Of a DNA stretch of 37,590 bases, positions 36,376-37,590 are shown one piece after another; the first letter of the stretch is position 1; each line of letters starts with the position of its first letter. The notes under the pieces were generated by a model that was given only the letters and a program-made list of their open reading frames with translations, did no database searches and was not told the DNA's origin. A program made the position numbers and the translations under genes. Origin of the DNA: Bacteroidales bacterium (lineage in GTDB: Bacteria > Bacteroidota > Bacteroidia > Bacteroidales > WCHB1-69); assembly GCA_031272415.1 (NCBI GenBank), contig JAISTU010000151.1:1-37590 (forward strand), read 5' to 3'.

Positions 36376-37323
36376 TTATTGATTTAACCCATTTTCACCT
36401 TTCTTGTTTATTTCTTCCAGTGCAGCTTTATATTGGTCTTTTGTTATTCTACTTTTTTGTATACTAACTGTTCCGTTTTTATTTTCAGACGCTGTCCATA
36501 ATCCGTTATCGCGATATTCTTTCATAACTTCACCTGCCAATTCCTTATTTGTAGCACCTTTATTTTTTTTACCAATTTCTCGACCTATTTGGTTGTTTAA
36601 TAAATCTACTACTTTGTCAGCCTCAAGCAATGACGAAAATGTTCTTTGCGTAATATCTACGGCATTGTTGTCTTCATGTGCCGCGCCTACACGCGTTGCG
36701 TGTTTAGCACCCAAGTTGCTTGCCATCATTGCTTGCCAAAGAGTATGTCTAATAGCATTTTGAGGCGAACCATCTTTGTTTGCAGACTCTCCTATCGCTT
36801 TCCCAATATTCACTTGAAAATTAGTAGCCGCAATATTATAATTATATTTAACTTGATATGCATTAATTGGGTGATTCATCGCATATCCAATCGTTTTCAC
36901 ATTATTGTTAGTTCCCAATTTTTCCATAATATATCCTGTGGCTTTCCATAGAAGGATAGGAATTGTATGAGCGTTACCGTCAGGATCTATATACTTCACC
37001 GGATTATTTGCACAATACGCATACGGCGACAAAGTCGGATACTTTTCAAACATCACATCTCTACTTATAAACACCGGCGGACTCTGATACCTCGCCTCAA
37101 AATAATACATCCCACTTTCTTCATCCAATTCTTTGGCATTAAACTTAAAATCAGGTACTTGTCCGCTGCTCCAATCAATGTTATACTCATTCACAACTTC
37201 CCCGAAAGGTGCATATTCCACTTGTTGTACAACATCACCCGTCCCATCTGTTACTAACTGCGTGCTACTCAAGTGATTACCGGTGTAATAATGCTTTGTG
37301 TATTCTTCTATTCTATCTTTCAT
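36376..37323 (-). CDS. Orphan Rhs/YD C-terminal fragment: RHS repeat-associated core (aa 1-116) plus an unclassified C-terminal toxin domain (aa 117-315)
   Basis: Core motifs are YTGNHLSSTQLVTDGTGDVVQQVEYAPFGE, FKFNAKELDEESGMYYFEARY and SPYAYCANNPVKYIDPDG (the PxxxxDPxG boundary). The tip has RHTLWQAMMASNLGAKHATRVGAAHE and DLLNNQIGREIG. An in-frame stop lies 4 codons upstream of the ATG, so no Rhs repeat body is attached. Confidence 0.75.
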   Translation of the reverse strand: MKDRIEEYTKHYYTGNHLSSTQLVTDGTGDVVQQVEYAPFGEVVNEYNIDWSSGQVPDFKFNAKELDEESGMYYFEARYQSPPVFISRDVMFEKYPTLSPYAYCANNPVKYIDPDGNAHTIPILLWKATGYIMEKLGTNNNVKTIGYAMNHPINAYQVKYNYNIAATNFQVNIGKAIGESANKDGSPQNAIRHTLWQAMMASNLGAKHATRVGAAHEDNNAVDITQRTFSSLLEADKVVDLLNNQIGREIGKKNKGATNKELAGEVMKEYRDNGLWTASENKNGTVSIQKSRITKDQYKAALEEINKKGENGLNQ

Positions 37324-37385
37324 TTTATCAATATTTTACCTTGTACAATTTTGTTAACGTCAAATCTCCGATATTATTGTAATTT

Positions 37386-37494
37386 TTTAGAACAAATTTC
37401 TCCCAAAATGCAAAAAAATCTACACTCTACACTCTGCACTCACACTCTAAAAAAAGGTTTTTTAATTTTTTATTGACAAAAAAGTGTATCTTTG
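37386..37494 (+). repeat. Promoter cassette copy H (plus orientation), driving a gene that starts near the window end
   Basis: ttttagaacaaatttctcccaaaatgcaaaaaaa, heptads tctacactctacactctgcactcacactct (37419-37448), aaaaaaaggttttttaattttttattgacaaaaaag, and the -7 box TATCTTTG at 37487-37494. Confidence 0.75.
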
Positions 37495-37562
37495 CAAAAT
37501 CTTATTAAATTTTTAATTTTTTTTGTAAGATATTGTTTATCAAAAAGTTAAATAAGTACTCA

Positions 37563-37590
37563 ATGAAAGGATATTTAGAAAAAAGGATAA
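37563..37590 (+). CDS. Possible 5' end of a plus-strand gene running off the window (MKGYLEKRI...)
   Basis: This is the first ATG downstream (68 nt) of cassette H. Only 9 codons are visible. Confidence 0.25.

Noticed and set aside
1-37590. tRNA, rRNA, riboswitch or known sRNA genes in the intergenic regions
   Set aside because: No cloverleaf-compatible or otherwise recognisable structured-RNA sequence was seen by eye. The intergenic space is accounted for by the cassette, MITE and palindrome repeats. A covariance-model scan would be needed to exclude small RNAs.

Overview
This is a low-GC chromosomal window that looks Bacteroidota-type: TAnnTTTG -7 promoter boxes, many lipoproteins, and GH3, Omp28-like and beta-helix surface-protein genes. 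Nearly everything from 1 to 32.1 kb is on the minus strand.

(1) Positions 1-8597 are one huge minus-strand ORF (more than 2865 codons, 3'-partial). It is missing from the supplied ORF track because it runs off the window edge. It encodes a signal-peptide-bearing giant surface protein with four tandem modules of about 545 aa (parallel beta-helix plus CARDB-like domains).

(2) Housekeeping transcription units follow:
- MORN-repeat protein and pepT
- ogt, a small OMP, an FtsX-like permease and aroA
- GH3, an alpha-oxoamine synthase and a nitroreductase
- an Omp28-like lipoprotein, a flippase and a RecD-like helicase
- mutS and tsaB
- ccsA
- a divergent plus-strand unit of an OMP, a TPR protein and lptC

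(3) There are two accessory loci. One is an AT-rich two-gene operon encoding a 170-aa lipoprotein and an 829-aa protein built from four copies of a Cys-containing module that I cannot assign to a characterised family. The other is an orphan Rhs C-terminal toxin tip with a lipoprotein immunity gene.

(4) The strongest non-coding signal is a modular intergenic repeat family. Almost every transcription unit is headed by the same cassette of about 100 nt: a -7 box, an A/T tract, GAGTGNA heptad micro-arrays and a TTTTTTGCATTTTGGGATAAAA block. The cassette is often paired in inverted orientation and interleaved with a 98-bp MITE (TIR TTGTCTGAAC) and a GTAAAGACGGTGC palindrome.

(5) A G10 tract flanked by 14-bp direct repeats lies in the long leader of the giant surface-protein gene. 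It could phase-vary a leader ORF.

I saw no rRNA, tRNA or CRISPR array. All functional calls come from motif recognition by eye, not database searches.
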